Below, one piece after another: positions 52,003-64,000 of a stretch of DNA of 64,000 nucleotides. The stretch's first letter is position 1, and every line of letters begins with the position of its first letter. A program made the position numbers and the translations under genes. This DNA is from Lama glama (taxonomy: Eukaryota), in contig CM052832.1 in the NCBI GenBank assembly GCA_028534125.1, positions 6,636,001-6,700,000 of the forward strand, read 5' to 3'. Below the pieces are notes generated by a model. The model had not been told where the DNA came from, made no database searches, and saw only the letters and a program-made list of their open reading frames with translations.

Positions 52003-54049
52003 TGTTAGAATGGAACACTGGAGAGCGTCTGGGAGCATCCTTTAGTTTGGATGGGTAAGAGAGGGCCTGTGAGAGGGCAGCTGAGCCCTGAACCCTGAGG
52101 AAACTGCCGCCTCGGAGAAGCTGGAATCGGGAGCACCAGGTAGGACTCGCCTTGGGAGGAACAGGGTCACCTCCTCCGTGTGACAGCTGGGAAGGCCACG
52201 TGGGATCCAGAGGCAGGCAGTTGTCAGGGGAGGGTGAGGGCGAGCCGGTCCCTGCGTGGTGGATGCTGGCCTCTCCACGTGGGCAGGGCAGGCACAGCGG
52301 CCTGTGAGCTGGGCAAGGGCATTGTGCATTTGAGACGCCTGTTTGTGAAATAGTCATTCTGGAGTGGGAGAAAAAGAAATATTCTAAGGACGCATATTTC
52401 GAAATGCTGGGTGATGTTAAACGGCCGATTGAGATTTTTGGGTTATGAATGCAAAGTGAGAGCACTTGGTGAGGTTTCGTCATTCTCTCCAGTAACACTG
52501 GTTTACAGGAGGTGAATGACTGGGGAGCCCGAGGCTAGTCAGCTTAGAATGGCGGAGAAAGAGCCGTGCAGTCATTGAGGGTGTTGGCAAGGCACTGACG
52601 ACGACAGAGGGGTTTGAAGCAGAAACAAGGACGATAAGGATCACGGTAGTAAATTGTTCGACAGATCGCTGATGTCAGATGACGTGCAGAAGAGTGGGAC
52701 TCACGGGAGAGCGCGGGACGTGAGCTTCAGATCATTCATTTAGCAGCTGCGTGGCCCAGGCACAGCAGAATCTCCCTGAACCTCAGTCTCCTCGTCAGGG
52801 AAATGGGTCTGGTAGTTTCCTCCATGCGGTGTTGTAAGAGTGAATCGTGTATGTAAATCACCGGCCTGGTGCCTGGCTCTTCGGAAATGGTACCTTTATT
52901 CTAGTATCGATGTTAAACCTTTCACACACATACTTAGGAAGGAGTTCAGCTTGTTTCTCTGAAATACACCACCCCAAGTGATATTGAATATGTGGGATTA
53001 TGACAATCACATATATATATGTATGTATATATAAAGAATCAGAGAAAATTGGTTGCATCTATCTTTTACCCCAGCTCCTGTGATTGTCAGGGGAACAACA
53101 GAGCCTTCAGAAAATGGCCAGAAGAATTAACGGCCACCAAATGGGAGATTCTTTCCCCGCAGCACTTATCATAAACGCACAGCTTCCTTCTCTCTGTCCG
53201 AATTGCTGCGTCCCTCCGATGGTTTTCCAGAGCTGAATTTTAATGTGAGTTCATTTGCATACCCTTCATCAATTTGTTTCTCTCTGTTGCCTTTTTAATC
53301 AAGAGGCTTAGAAACAAATCACAGATCTTAAAAGGAGGAATCGTGGCTGAGAGCTCTTGGAGCTGAGATATGCAAATTGAACCAACTGTGAGATAGCGCT
53401 TTTCTCTCTCAGACGGGCAAAGCGAGTGAAAAGAAAATGATGGCGCTCAACAGGGGAGAACGTGCAGGGAATTCGTGCTTGAAGACTGTAAATCGGTACC
53501 TTCATTCTGAAAAACCATTTGGTGATATATGAAGAGTCATAAAAAGGCCCATGTATTTTAACATAGCCATTCCCCTCCGAGCGTATATTCTGAGAGAATG
53601 GTAAAACAGTATTGGACAAAGATGTAGGAATAAATGTATTCATTACAGTGGAAATAGCAAAATAAATAACGGGGAGATAAACCAAAGTTGAGGGGAATGG
53701 TTTTTAAGTGATGGCGTATCCGGACAATGGTAAATGCTGTAAGATTGAATTCAAAAAATACAAGATACAACGCTGAAGTCTGGCCTGATCCCTGTTCCAT
53801 AAATAATAAGCACAGAACATTTTTTTAAAATTAACCTGTCACATTAACCATTGTCATTTCAATGCAGTAGAAAATCAGGTGATTTTCATTTTGTTCCCTT
53901 TTTTTAAAGCCTCTGTACATTTCACAAGTACTTTACAATAACAATATATTCTTTCATAGTAAAAATAAAACATTGAAAGATATTAAACTTATTGAGAAGA
54001 AGATACAAGGCTGGACCCTTCCACTTTTTGACCCCTTCTGTACTTCCAG

Positions 54050-54718
54050 CTGTCCGATTTCTGCCTTCCCTCCTCTGCTGAAATTGCTCTTTTAGAGATG
54101 ACTGGTGCCTTCAATTGTCAACCCCACAGGCGTCTCCTCAGCCCTCAGTTTAATTTCTCAGCATGTCTTACACAATTGATCTCCCTTTACTCCTTTTTAA
54201 TACTAGCTTGATTTAGAGGTTATTCACATACAGTAAAATTCACCCTTTTAAAATACACAGTAGCTCCTTTGTTCTTGAAATACCCTTCTTCTTACATTGC
54301 TGTGTCTGGACACTACCCTGCCATCATTTTGGTCATTGGGCGCCATCTGTGTGCTGGGTACTAGTCCCCCTAACGTTACTCTGCCGTCCCTTTTTAGTCT
54401 CCTTTGCCAGGTCCTCCTCCTCTGCCCAGCTCTCAAATATCAGCATCCTGAAAGCTCTGTTCTCTTGCTCAGCATTGTGCCCACTAGCCTGTCTGCGAAG
54501 ATGCTCAGTTCACCTGAGCCCAGGGTATCTCCCTCACCCCCTCACCCATGTGTGCCGTTAATGCCTGAGAGCTCGCACGTCCTCTCTCCCCGTCCTTGGC
54601 CGTCCAGCTTCATTCCGGCACCTGCTTCTGTGTTTCTGTCCTGATTAATGGTGGCCCAGTCTTGCAAGTCAACCGTCACAGAAGTTCTGGGGACGCATTT
54701 GATTCTGTTTTCTTTTAT
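54050..54718 (+). mobile_element. L2 relic cut off by the gap (short old L1M piece near 54200-54260)
   Basis: ctctgctgaaattgctctt...tctcagcatgtcttacacaattgatc...; approximate. Confidence 0.55.
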
Positions 54719-55218
54719 NNNNNNNNNNNNNNNNNNNNNNNNNNNNNNNNNNNNNNNNNNNNNNNNNNNNNNNNNNNNNNNNNNNNNNNNNNNNNNNNNN
54801 NNNNNNNNNNNNNNNNNNNNNNNNNNNNNNNNNNNNNNNNNNNNNNNNNNNNNNNNNNNNNNNNNNNNNNNNNNNNNNNNNNNNNNNNNNNNNNNNNNNN
54901 NNNNNNNNNNNNNNNNNNNNNNNNNNNNNNNNNNNNNNNNNNNNNNNNNNNNNNNNNNNNNNNNNNNNNNNNNNNNNNNNNNNNNNNNNNNNNNNNNNNN
55001 NNNNNNNNNNNNNNNNNNNNNNNNNNNNNNNNNNNNNNNNNNNNNNNNNNNNNNNNNNNNNNNNNNNNNNNNNNNNNNNNNNNNNNNNNNNNNNNNNNNN
55101 NNNNNNNNNNNNNNNNNNNNNNNNNNNNNNNNNNNNNNNNNNNNNNNNNNNNNNNNNNNNNNNNNNNNNNNNNNNNNNNNNNNNNNNNNNNNNNNNNNNN
55201 NNNNNNNNNNNNNNNNNN
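54719..55218. other. Assembly gap (500 N)
   Basis: Run of exactly 500 N; the round number suggests a placeholder scaffold join. Confidence 0.99.
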
Positions 55219-55639
55219 TAATTGGGACAATATTTGCCTGACTTTCATCTTCTGGCTCTTGTTTTTTTCCCACTTCCTCCAAAGCTGCTCAAAGAACTTT
55301 CTGCCTCTAGAATTTTGATTCATTTGCATGTCTTCATAGGTTTTGCATTTCTCCTTCCCGGTACCCACCGAGCTCTGCTCTTTCCTGCCTGGATATTATT
55401 TATAGCGACAGAAAAGATGCAAACTAGGAGCAGGGTAACGCCGCCTCTTCTAGCAAATGCAGTTCCTTGGCGTGTCCTAGGATGCTGCTTGCTCTCGGGT
55501 TGGCTGCCCCGTTCCCCCCTGGGGGACGTGTGCCTGTCTTCTGCATTTTCCTTGGGCTGGAATTCTCATCTGTGTTGGAATGTACATTAAAAAAAAATGT
55601 GAAGCCAAGTAGTTGGTAGAAAAAGCTAGAGATTTTGTG

Positions 55640-56170
55640 TATGACTTAAAAATGTGTTCCCATGGAAAACGTCAAACGTGTACAAAGTAACTAGAAGGAG
55701 CATGATGAACCCCCCTAGCTCTCGCCCGGCTTCGACAGTTATCAGCATCCCGCCGGTCTGTTTTCATCCATAACTCCACCCTCTACTGTCTTCATGCTCC
55801 AGTAGATGATTTTTTCCCCAGTACTTTATTTGCGAGATAAAATTTGCATCCATTGTGATGCATAGTCTTAACTGTACAATTTGGACAGAGGTACATATCT
55901 GGCCCCCACCCCCACCCCCAACCCCTTTCACCATGGAGAACGTTTCCCTTTCTCCAGAAAGTTGCCTTGAATCACTTCCCCTGCAATCTACTCATCCCTC
56001 TGAGGTAAGCACTCTTTGACTCATTTCACCTTAGATACATTTTGCCTGCTCTAGAATTTCACAGCAAATGGAATCTGACAGCGTATATTATTTTTGTGCA
56101 AGGCTTCATTGGTTCAGCGTCACGTGGCAGACTTAGCCTTAAATTTCTCTTATTGATATCAGTCTGTCGT
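55640..56170 (-). mobile_element. Old L1M 3'-end relics
   Basis: ttttgcctgctctagaatttcacagcaaatggaatc...tgtgcaaggcttcattggttcagc is a typical antisense L1MB/MC 3' UTR pattern. Confidence 0.6.
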
Positions 56171-56688
56171 TGGATGAGCTGCATAGCCTCTTTTGAGACC
56201 CAGTTCCCTTCTCTAGGAAATGAAAGAGGAAAGGCAATAAACATTAACAAAGAGTTAATATGTAAGAGTCATGTAAGGGCTGTGGGAGGAAGACGCAGAA
56301 AATTGCCTACCTGTATGCTTTTACCTAGGCCGTCCGTGACTCCTGGATATCCTTCCTCCCTTACTCCCCTTCTCTCATTCCACTCATCGCAGTTCTACTC
56401 CTTCAAGGTTCAAATGCCTCCCCCTCCATGAAGCCTTCCCGAGTTGCTTCTCCTGCCCTCCCCCAACCCCACCCCTAGGCCACTGCCCAGGCTGTATGAA
56501 GCTCTTCCTTTCTGTGAACACCTCTGGTGTTTTATCTCCACCCTCACTTTATTACTTTCTACTTTATGCTCAAGTTCTTGATTTAGATTTATTTCTCTCT
56601 TTTACTAGACTGTTAGCTCCCGGAGGGGAGGATTTAGGTTGGTTCTGTCCTTTGTCCCACACAGCATTTAGCACCAAAATTGCGTACA

Positions 56689-56891
56689 CATTTGACCCTT
56701 GACCCATGCAGGGGTTAGGGGCATCGACCCTCTGTGCAGTCAAATATCCGCCTATAACTTTATGGATGGGCATTCTGTATCCAAGGTTCTGCATCCACAG
56801 ATTCAACCAACTGCAGAACATGTAGTAGTGTAATATGTATTTATAGAAAAAATATGCGTAGTTTGAACCCATGTTATTCAAGGGTCAACTG
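56689..56891 (-). mobile_element. Tigger2-family MITE, second copy, opposite orientation to 22720-22938
   Basis: catttgacccttga...ggggttaggggc ... gttattcaagggtcaactg|TA. Confidence 0.85.
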
Positions 56892-57319
56892 TAATAGATT
56901 CTTTGTTCTGTTTGAACACTGTGCTGGTGACATCTTCAGTTTGTGCCCGTGTCTATGGATGGGTGAGCAAATTACCCTACAAGCCCAAATCCGCCATCTA
57001 GTGGCCATGGGAAGTAACTTCATGCTGGACCTCAAGGAGAAAGGTTTCTTTTTCTCTGGCTGTTGGACATGTTTCCTGAAGGCAGTTGTAATGAAATACC
57101 TGCTTTCCAGTTCCATTTCTACACAGAGTATTCTGTTCACCTACAACTAGAATTTATTTTGACGTAGTATTCTAGACTGCTTTCTACGTGGTCTTATTTT
57201 ACTTAAAAAAAACAGGAATATTATAAAAACCCAGGGTATTTTAAATAGCAGTATTTTAAACCAAATCATGCACTAGAGCATTTTTATTAATAGAACCACT
57301 GTAGATAGGCAATGTGATT

Positions 57320-57845
57320 TTTTTCTTTGTCATTATAGTTAATTACAAGATATTGAATATTGTTCCCTGTGATGTACAGCAGGACCTTGTTTATGTACTT
57401 TGTATGTGGTAGTTTGTACCTCCTAGTCCCAAACTTCTGATTTATTCCCCTCTGCCCCACCCTTTCCCCTTTGATAACCGTAAGTTTGTTTCCCATGCCT
57501 GGGAGTCTCTTTCTATTTTGCAAATAAGTTCATTTGTATCACATTTTAGATTCCACATATAAGTAATATCATATGATATTTGTCTTTTTCTGTCTGACGT
57601 ACTTCACTTAGAATGATCATCTGTAGGTCCATCCCTCTTGCTGCAAATAGCATTATTTCATTCTTTTTAAAGGCTGAGTAGTATTCCATTGTGTGTGTGT
57701 GTGTATCTCACATCTTTATCCAGTCACCTGTTGATGGGCATTTAGGCTGCTTCCACATCTCAGCTATTGTAAATAGTGCTGCTATGAACATTGGGGTGCA
57801 TGTATCTTTTCAAATTAGAGTTTTCTCTGGATATATGCCCAGGAG
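57320..57845 (-). mobile_element. L1 fragment (ORF2 end plus 3' UTR)
   Basis: tagattccacatataagt...cacttagaatgatc...ctattgtaaatagtgctgctatgaacattggggtgcatgtatctttt is antisense to the element at 32795. Confidence 0.92.
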
Positions 57846-58124
57846 GGGCAATTTTTCTAGACTCACTTGGAGTTCATTTTGCTGAGTTGTTACCATTTGC
57901 ACATGTGCCATTGTATTTGCTTGAGTTCAGTGGAGTACAAATTGAATCATTTTTATTTTTCTGAGAACTGTGATCTTCTACTCAAGGGAGAGTATTTCTG
58001 TCCCACCATGGCTTCCCGAGGGTTCCAGGCCTTAGCTGAACGTGGCTTCCATTACTTAAACCAGAGAGGACCTGGAGGACAGACATCACATTGCGATGGG
58101 AGCTCTTGCTACGTGGAAAGTACT

Positions 58125-58325
58125 GTTCTAGGTAGTGGCCTAGGTGTTTAACAAAGAATACCATTCAGTCATTCCTAATCACCTTTTGAGAAAGGAGTTA
58201 CTGGTATGCCCAGTTTACAGATGTGTAAACCAGCACATGGAGACGTTAAATGAATTATCCCAGGTGTAAATAGCTATTGGATGGCCACCTGATGGTCAAG
58301 TTTTGATCCTTAACCACCTCACGGC
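58125..58325 (-). mobile_element. MIR relic
   Basis: cccagtttacagatgtgtaaac...gttaaatgaattatcccaggt. Confidence 0.55.
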
Positions 58326-59671
58326 ACTGCCTACCACAGGATGATGTACAAAGTGGAAACCATGGATTGGAAAATATAAGCTAATGCCTCTGGAGGGCTC
58401 TTTACCTCGAAGGGGAGTCGCTCCAGCCAAGTAGCCCTTGAAGAAATGGCTTTGACAGATAAGAAGAAAAGTGCCCAAAGGAGCTTGGGTAGGACAGCTG
58501 GATGCTGCCACCTCTGATCCACGGGGCACAGGGAGGAACAGGATGCAGCGACCTTGGTTGAGTTTAATCGCCAGAATGTGGCCGCAGCAGAGAGTGGAGT
58601 TTCTGTAAGGGCTGAGCTTTCCTTAGTGAGACTTGCTGTTTGATGGTAACAATGGCCATTATCGGAAACACATGGCAAATAAAACTCTTCTTGCCTGTAA
58701 GGCAGGTCTGGAATATACAGTAGGATTACTGTGTGAAGGCTTCATACCCGGAAACCTAACTCAGCTTGTATTTCCGTCTCCACCTGGGTCTGTAGATGGG
58801 CAGACAGGTTATGCCATGTGCGTTCTCACCGGATTCCTGAAGTCACCCTTGCCCTCAGTTTATAGAGTCTGATTCCAAGAACTGGAAAAATAAGCAGCCG
58901 ATAGGAGAACTAAACTAGAAGTGCTCAGAACTGGAAAAGCCGGAAATGGATGCCCAGAGAGGTTAAGCGACTTGCTCAAGGTCACACAGAGCTGGGATTC
59001 GAATTCAGAGTTCCTGAGTCTCCATTCAAGTGTACCAGTTGCTTCCCTGGGTAGTTCTCTTTGCTGTTCATCACGCAGAAATCCCAACAGCAGAACACAT
59101 CATCTATCTTTCAACGTCGTCTTTAATCTTTTCAGGAATGGGATGGATAGGAGATGCAAAAATACATTCATTCATATATATATATATATATTTCATTGAA
59201 TATTTTGATCTTTTCAATATTGCTGTGTTTTAATGTGAACTAAGAACATGACTCCAGGTCTCCCAGAGACAGAAAACCTGAGGGTAAATACCACCGTGAG
59301 GATGTTTTTCTACGTCACTTTTCCAGGCGCAGAAGTTCCATTTTACATGTTTAATTTATTCACTTTCTCTTATTATATATCATTGATCTGCTAATTAATG
59401 TCTGTTCCACTTAGTAATAATGTTATTTTATTCTTATTCAAAATACCTAATATTTTAGCACCTGATCGTTCATAAAGCCTTTTTTTTTTTAACATGCATT
59501 CTCTCTTCACGTCTTCACAAACTGTTCTGTTCAAGAAAAAGGACAGACAGACTCAATCCCCATCGTGCAGATGGAAAATCAAATTACAAATGGATTGTGT
59601 GTCACTGCTGGTTAACCAAGTTAACCAATTCCCTTTACTCCTCGACCAGTGTTGATGCTCAGTCCCTCTAG

Positions 59672-59855
59672 CTATGGTTCTCCCCCGCAGTGAGTTCCAG
59701 AATCCTCTGGAAGGCTTGATAGGCACCGATTGCTGGGTTCCACCTTCAGAGTTTGTGACTCAGGGAGTCCGGGATGGGGTCCGGGAATCTGCATTTCTGA
59801 CAGGTTCCCAGGTGATTGATGCAGATGCTGCAGGTCTGGGGACCACACTTTGGTA
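59672..59855 (+). mobile_element. MER5A (hAT-Charlie)
   Basis: ggaatctgcatttctgacaggttcccaggtgat...gatgctgcaggtctggggaccacacttt. Confidence 0.85.
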
Positions 59856-59886
59856 CCGCTTTGCCATAACACTTTTGAACATTTGG

Positions 59887-60214
59887 CAGGTAATCCATCC
59901 CTCCTCTGCAATCCCGAAATCCAAAAAGCTCTGAACATTAGCGGTTTTCCCCTGAAGGTTGGCGCGATCTCACGGGGCAGCCAAGCCCGACGTGAACTGA
60001 GGAGATGCTATTTATAGTCTTTCTTTATCCCCTGGTGTGACAGTTCGTCCAGTTTGCGCCAGAATTGTTAATACAATAGATTGCAGGGGGTGCCCCAGAC
60101 CTCGCTGGGGGATGTCCCATAGCAGACACACTGTAATTCCTTTTAGAATCTGAAAACCTCTGAAATCCAAAACACATCTAGTGCCAAAGATTTCAGGTAA
60201 GGGACTGCAATTTG
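59887..60214 (+). mobile_element. MER46C-like Tigger MITE
   Basis: gaaatccaaaaagctctgaa...ctatttatagtctt...tgccccagacctcgctggggg...aaacacatct...aaggga matches the recalled MER46C consensus. Confidence 0.75.
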
Positions 60215-61571
60215 TATTAACCAGACAAAAGCATTGTGCTCTTTGCTTTTGATGTTGCAAAAGCACCGTTTTTGGATAGCCACAAACGTCTACACGCTTG
60301 AACTCAATATATACCTTTTGAGCATCTTTTGGGAAGCTTTTTCTAAAGCTTCTGTCCTTCAGCTGCAGAAAAGCTGCAGCCTGCTGAGCTGTGAGGGAAA
60401 GTGTTGAATAGTCCTTTCCTCAGTCACCTGGGCAAATCCCAAGGTCACTGTGATCTGAAATGAGTATTTCCTGAAGCTTAATTACGTTTATAAGAACGCC
60501 ATCAAAAACCACATTCATGCTTTGCACCATGCTCCCTCTTGAAGTTTTGATTTTCTACCTGGGAACGCAATGCTGTTAGGCTGCAGATTTGGGTGAGGAG
60601 GAGAAGCGAGAGGAGAATTCCGTATTTTTCTTTCGTAATGAATCAGGCTTAAATCATGAGACAGTTATCCAACCCTCCTCCCCGGCATCATTTAAATGAG
60701 AATGCTTCTTAGAGCTATTATAAAATCACAAAAAGCATATTCATCGGGAAACACGAACCCATATTATAACTGGATTACGTGAAATTGCCCAAGTGAAAAT
60801 GACTGACAGGGGCAAAAACAGTCTAAGCCCTTGCAATGCATGTATCTGGAGCTGGTAATTTTGAGTTCTATTTCCAGGGTTGTTGAGCTTTGCCGCCACT
60901 GAGACCTGATGTAGGGGTGGTCCCGAGCTGTGCTTTCCCGAGAGAAGCCCCTCTCTCCCGGATGGTGCTCCGGAAACCCAGAAGAGCTCATCGTTTTCAG
61001 AGACTGGTATCTCGTGTCTAGAGAGCACCCTGCCTGGAAGCAGCCCGCCTCCTCTGCCCAGGAGCAAGGAGGCTCCCTGCTGCCTGTGTGTCTGGACCCG
61101 CAGGGTCCTTGTACCCTCTTGATCAGCAAACCCCCTCTGCCCCCTTGGACACCTGTTTCTCCCAGGTTTAGAATTCTCTTTCACTTACCTTCTATTTTCT
61201 AGATCCGCGTATATGCCTTTACTAGAGCCAGAACTAAATTCATTAAGCATATGAAACCTGTAAAGCTTATTTTGTCCCCGTTTGGCCACCGTACTCTGGG
61301 AGGCCTATTTTGTATGTCAGACCACTGTTCTGTTCAAACAGTTTGATTCTATGAGCACTTTAGTCGCAGAACCTTCTTGGTAGACCAAAAATAAAGTCTC
61401 TCCAGTTTTCCAAAAAGAATAACTCTTTATTCTATTGACACTACAAGCCAATTTGTTTGCCCAATTTCCCCCCAAGATGTATAACCATTTTGTTCTAAAG
61501 AAACGTCTCTTCTGGATTCAGTGTCTTCCCTGGGGATTGAGCTTTCAGATACCTGAGTTGAGCATGTTTAG

Positions 61572-61690
61572 CAGGGCTGCTGCAGCCTTGATTTGTACAG
61601 TCCAGAGCCCCTCGGGCCTCCTGGACCATGTGACTGGTGCCCTGAGGCTTGTGCAGTGTACAACCTGCACAACCGAATATGGCAGCTCTT
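61572..61690 (+). mobile_element. MER91-like hAT MITE relic
   Basis: cagggctgc ... ttgtgcagtgtacaacctgcacaacc...ggcagctct. Confidence 0.5.
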
Positions 61691-62354
61691 TTGAGTGTCT
61701 CATACTTTATAAAGATTCCAAGAAGACAGGACTCATTGGATCATCATCAGGTCCCTACATCCCAAGGTGTATGGGGTTTACGTAAATCCCAGGTTATTAA
61801 TATTCCTGTACAGCCTGCATTTCTGTCTGGACGGGATCACTACCAGAAGACGAGATTTCAAGCCCCAGTGAGAGACGAGGGTAATCATAGCAGCTGCCGT
61901 TGTTGTTTTGAGTGGCTTCGGCCTTGGGCCAGGTAGTCATCAGTTTTGCAGAGCAGCCTGGAACTCCAGCTGTCAAAGCTGAGTGATGTTTGTTAAGTTG
62001 TCTTGCATGACATTCCATTCCCTCTCTCGTGTTTACTCCGAAGGAGCCATTTATAAATGACAAGCTTTGACTATTTATAAACAAATCAGGAAATCTGTGG
62101 CATCTGGGAGGCACACATCAGCCTCTCTGAACTGGCACCCTGATTATTAGCAAATGAATGGCCGTCAGCTTAATTGCAAGAGATTAGCTAATCGATCAGC
62201 ACATGTTTAATTAGTGTCCCCCTATGAGCGAGATGCTACGACATACCATGGGAATGCAGAGAATTAGAGAGGCAGCTGCCATTTCCTGAGTTCTCATGCA
62301 TTACCCATATGGGGGTTCTTTTAATTTTATAGGTTTATGGGGTCACTATTATGT

Positions 62355-62485
62355 CTCTGTTTTGTAGATGAGGAAACTGAGGCATAGAACAGGAGAGCAA
62401 TCCAAGGTCATATAGTTAAGAAGTAGCCATATAGGGGTTTGAAGCCAAAGCTTTCTGACTCCAAATTTTGTCCTCTGAACCAGTA
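62355..62485 (-). mobile_element. MIR SINE
   Basis: ttttgtagatgaggaaactgaggcatag...ccaaggtcatatagtta...gggtttgaagcc...tctgactccaaa. Confidence 0.8.
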
Positions 62486-63530
62486 CCCTCTACAATTTTT
62501 TCCTCTCTGAACTTCCAGCCTAGTCAGGATTTAGTCCCGACTTTATCTCTTACCACAGCAGACTGATAAGATTTTAGACAAAGGGAATGCAAATTCTTTA
62601 TAGCAAGCAGGAAGTAAGATCCTTATTTAGGCCAAGTAAGTAGTATTGATGGTGCACGTTGGGAATGATCTCAAGAGGCCCTCTGCCCCATTAGCTAACT
62701 TCTGCCAGAAAAAGACAGCTGGGCCCTTGGCCTTGATGGTCTTCTTCAGTTAGTTAATAATAAATAACTCTGTACACTAAGTCCCTTGTTCTTTTACTTG
62801 GGGCTACACTTCACAGCTGAGTCACCCTGCCAGTTCCGCTGGGAATCATGCTACTCTGATTTAGTCATGGAAGAAAGTATTACGGAGGTTTTCCTACTGC
62901 CGGGCTGGGGCATGGCTCCTAGCTGAACATTTTCCAAGCTTAAAGTCATTTCCACTAGGTTCTCTGGAGGACATCTCTGGGGTCTTAATTAAATCCTTGA
63001 ACCAGCACCTGAGGAGTCTCCAGTCTTCCACTGAAGCAGGCTGGCGACTTTGTGGGTATGCTCCCCTGAGCATCCGACTGGGGGAGAGTGTTTCAGCCCC
63101 TCCACGTTTCAGGAGAGAATGTGGTCCTACCTTCCTCTCATTTAGATGCTGCCCTTGCCAGACATGGAGCCTGGGGCTTCCAGCCTGTGAAACGTGGGTC
63201 TACGACCTTGAAGAAAAAGCACTGGGGAAGACAGGCTGGAGGACCTGGGTCCCCGACGCTGCCTTGGCGATATTCTAAGTTCTGCCTTTGTTTCAAGTTA
63301 GAGCTCCAAAAGGCGGTACCCTGGGACCGCTTCTCCCCTTAGAATCGCCCTTGAATTTCCCAAGTTGTTCTGAGCTACGGCCTTAGGCACATCACATCTT
63401 TCTTTTGCAATATCAGTTGTCATAGAGGACAGTATTCAGCCTGCCATCCGAGGCCCCACACAAATTTCTACGTGCTGCTCCCGAAAGGGGAAGAAGAAGA
63501 AGCAAAACTTTGTTCCTGTAGAAGATACAG

Positions 63531-64000
63531 TCATCTTCCTCCTTTCTGATAGGACCTTATAACTGTATCATCTTTGCCTTTTAGTAAGGGGCCTAGAGCC
63601 CATTCTCAGCGGTGGCCTCATCCTTATGATCTGGCTGCCTCAACTTTTATGGTCTTAGTGCTCTGGTTCGCTTTTATTTGATACAGAAAACAAACTTAGG
63701 GTTACAGGGTGGGGTAAGGGGGAGGGGTAAATTAGGAATTTAGGATTAGCAGACACAAACTACTATATATAAAATAGATAAACAAGATTCCTACTGTAGA
63801 GCTCAGGGAACTATACTCAGTACCTTGTAGTAACCTATAATGTAATAGAAAACGTACATAATTGAATCAGAGCACTAAGACCATAAAAGCTGAGGAGGGC
63901 AGATCATAAGGATGAGGCCACCGCTGAGAATGGGCTCTGGGCCCCTCACTAAAAGGCAAAGACGATGGTTACAAGGTCCCACCAGAAAGGAGGAAGATGA
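63531..64000. repeat. Long inverted repeat: arms 63531-63669 and 63864-64000 (runs to the window edge)
   Basis: The reverse complement of the left arm aligns to the right arm with 12 mismatches and one 2-bp indel over 139 columns (hand alignment). Includes a perfect block cagatcataaggatgaggccaccgctgagaatgggctct. Confidence 0.96.
63680..63869 (+). mobile_element. L1 3' UTR fragment, truncated at both ends, forming the spacer of the inverted repeat
   Basis: acagaaaacaaacttagggttac...aaattaggaatttaggattagcagacacaaactactatatataaaatagataaacaa...cagggaactatactcag...ataattgaatca; same region as the L1 at 8142 but without terminus or poly-A. Confidence 0.9.

Larger units (their letters stand above)
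25266..54718 (+). other. RCAN2: RCAN2 intron downstream of the first coding exon (probably continues past the gap)
   Basis: GT donor at 25266. No downstream RCAN2 coding sequence (EKFE...FKSFRRVR) appears in the ORF track. This intron is very long in other mammals. Confidence 0.8.

Noticed and set aside
51749..52498. Longest ORF in the window (249 aa, minus strand)
   Set aside because: No recognisable domain, low-information Pro/Ser-rich composition, and it overlaps MER63-like and MER5A relics.
54542..55368. ORFs of 197-246 aa
   Set aside because: Artefacts of reading through the 500-N gap.
8142..63869. Idea that sense-strand L1 pieces selectively lost their poly(A) signal
   Set aside because: Only three cases; an antisense copy (57320) also lacks its terminus, and sense SINE tails retain AATAAA.
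1..64000. Prokaryote-style novel system (CRISPR array, operon, defence island) or horizontally acquired gene
   Set aside because: No regularly spaced repeats, no gene-dense segment and no long intact ORFs; the content is ordinary mammalian intron.

Overview
Mammalian (eukaryotic) genomic DNA, almost certainly a camelid: it holds seven copies of a short tRNA-derived SINE of the vic-1 type, plus artiodactyl-type L1 3' ends. The only host coding sequence I can support is one 227-nt exon (25039-25265, + strand). It carries the start codon and first 75 codons of the long isoform of RCAN2 (regulator of calcineurin 2 / ZAKI-4). The rest is best read as RCAN2 intron 1 (upstream) and the long intron 2 (downstream), filled with SINE, L1, L2, MIR, ERV/MaLR LTR and DNA-transposon relics. 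A 500-N scaffold gap lies at 54719-55218. I see no evidence for a new multi-gene system. The most unusual structure is a ~90%-identical inverted duplication (at least 137 bp, running off the window end) around a doubly truncated L1 fragment at 63531-64000. Other leads: a circRNA-compatible architecture of the RCAN2 exon, a MER41-like LTR with a variant STAT site, paired perfect MEF2 sites, and an AP-1-centred 23-bp palindrome. Repeat family names come from recalled consensus sequences, not from a search, and boundaries of old repeats are approximate.
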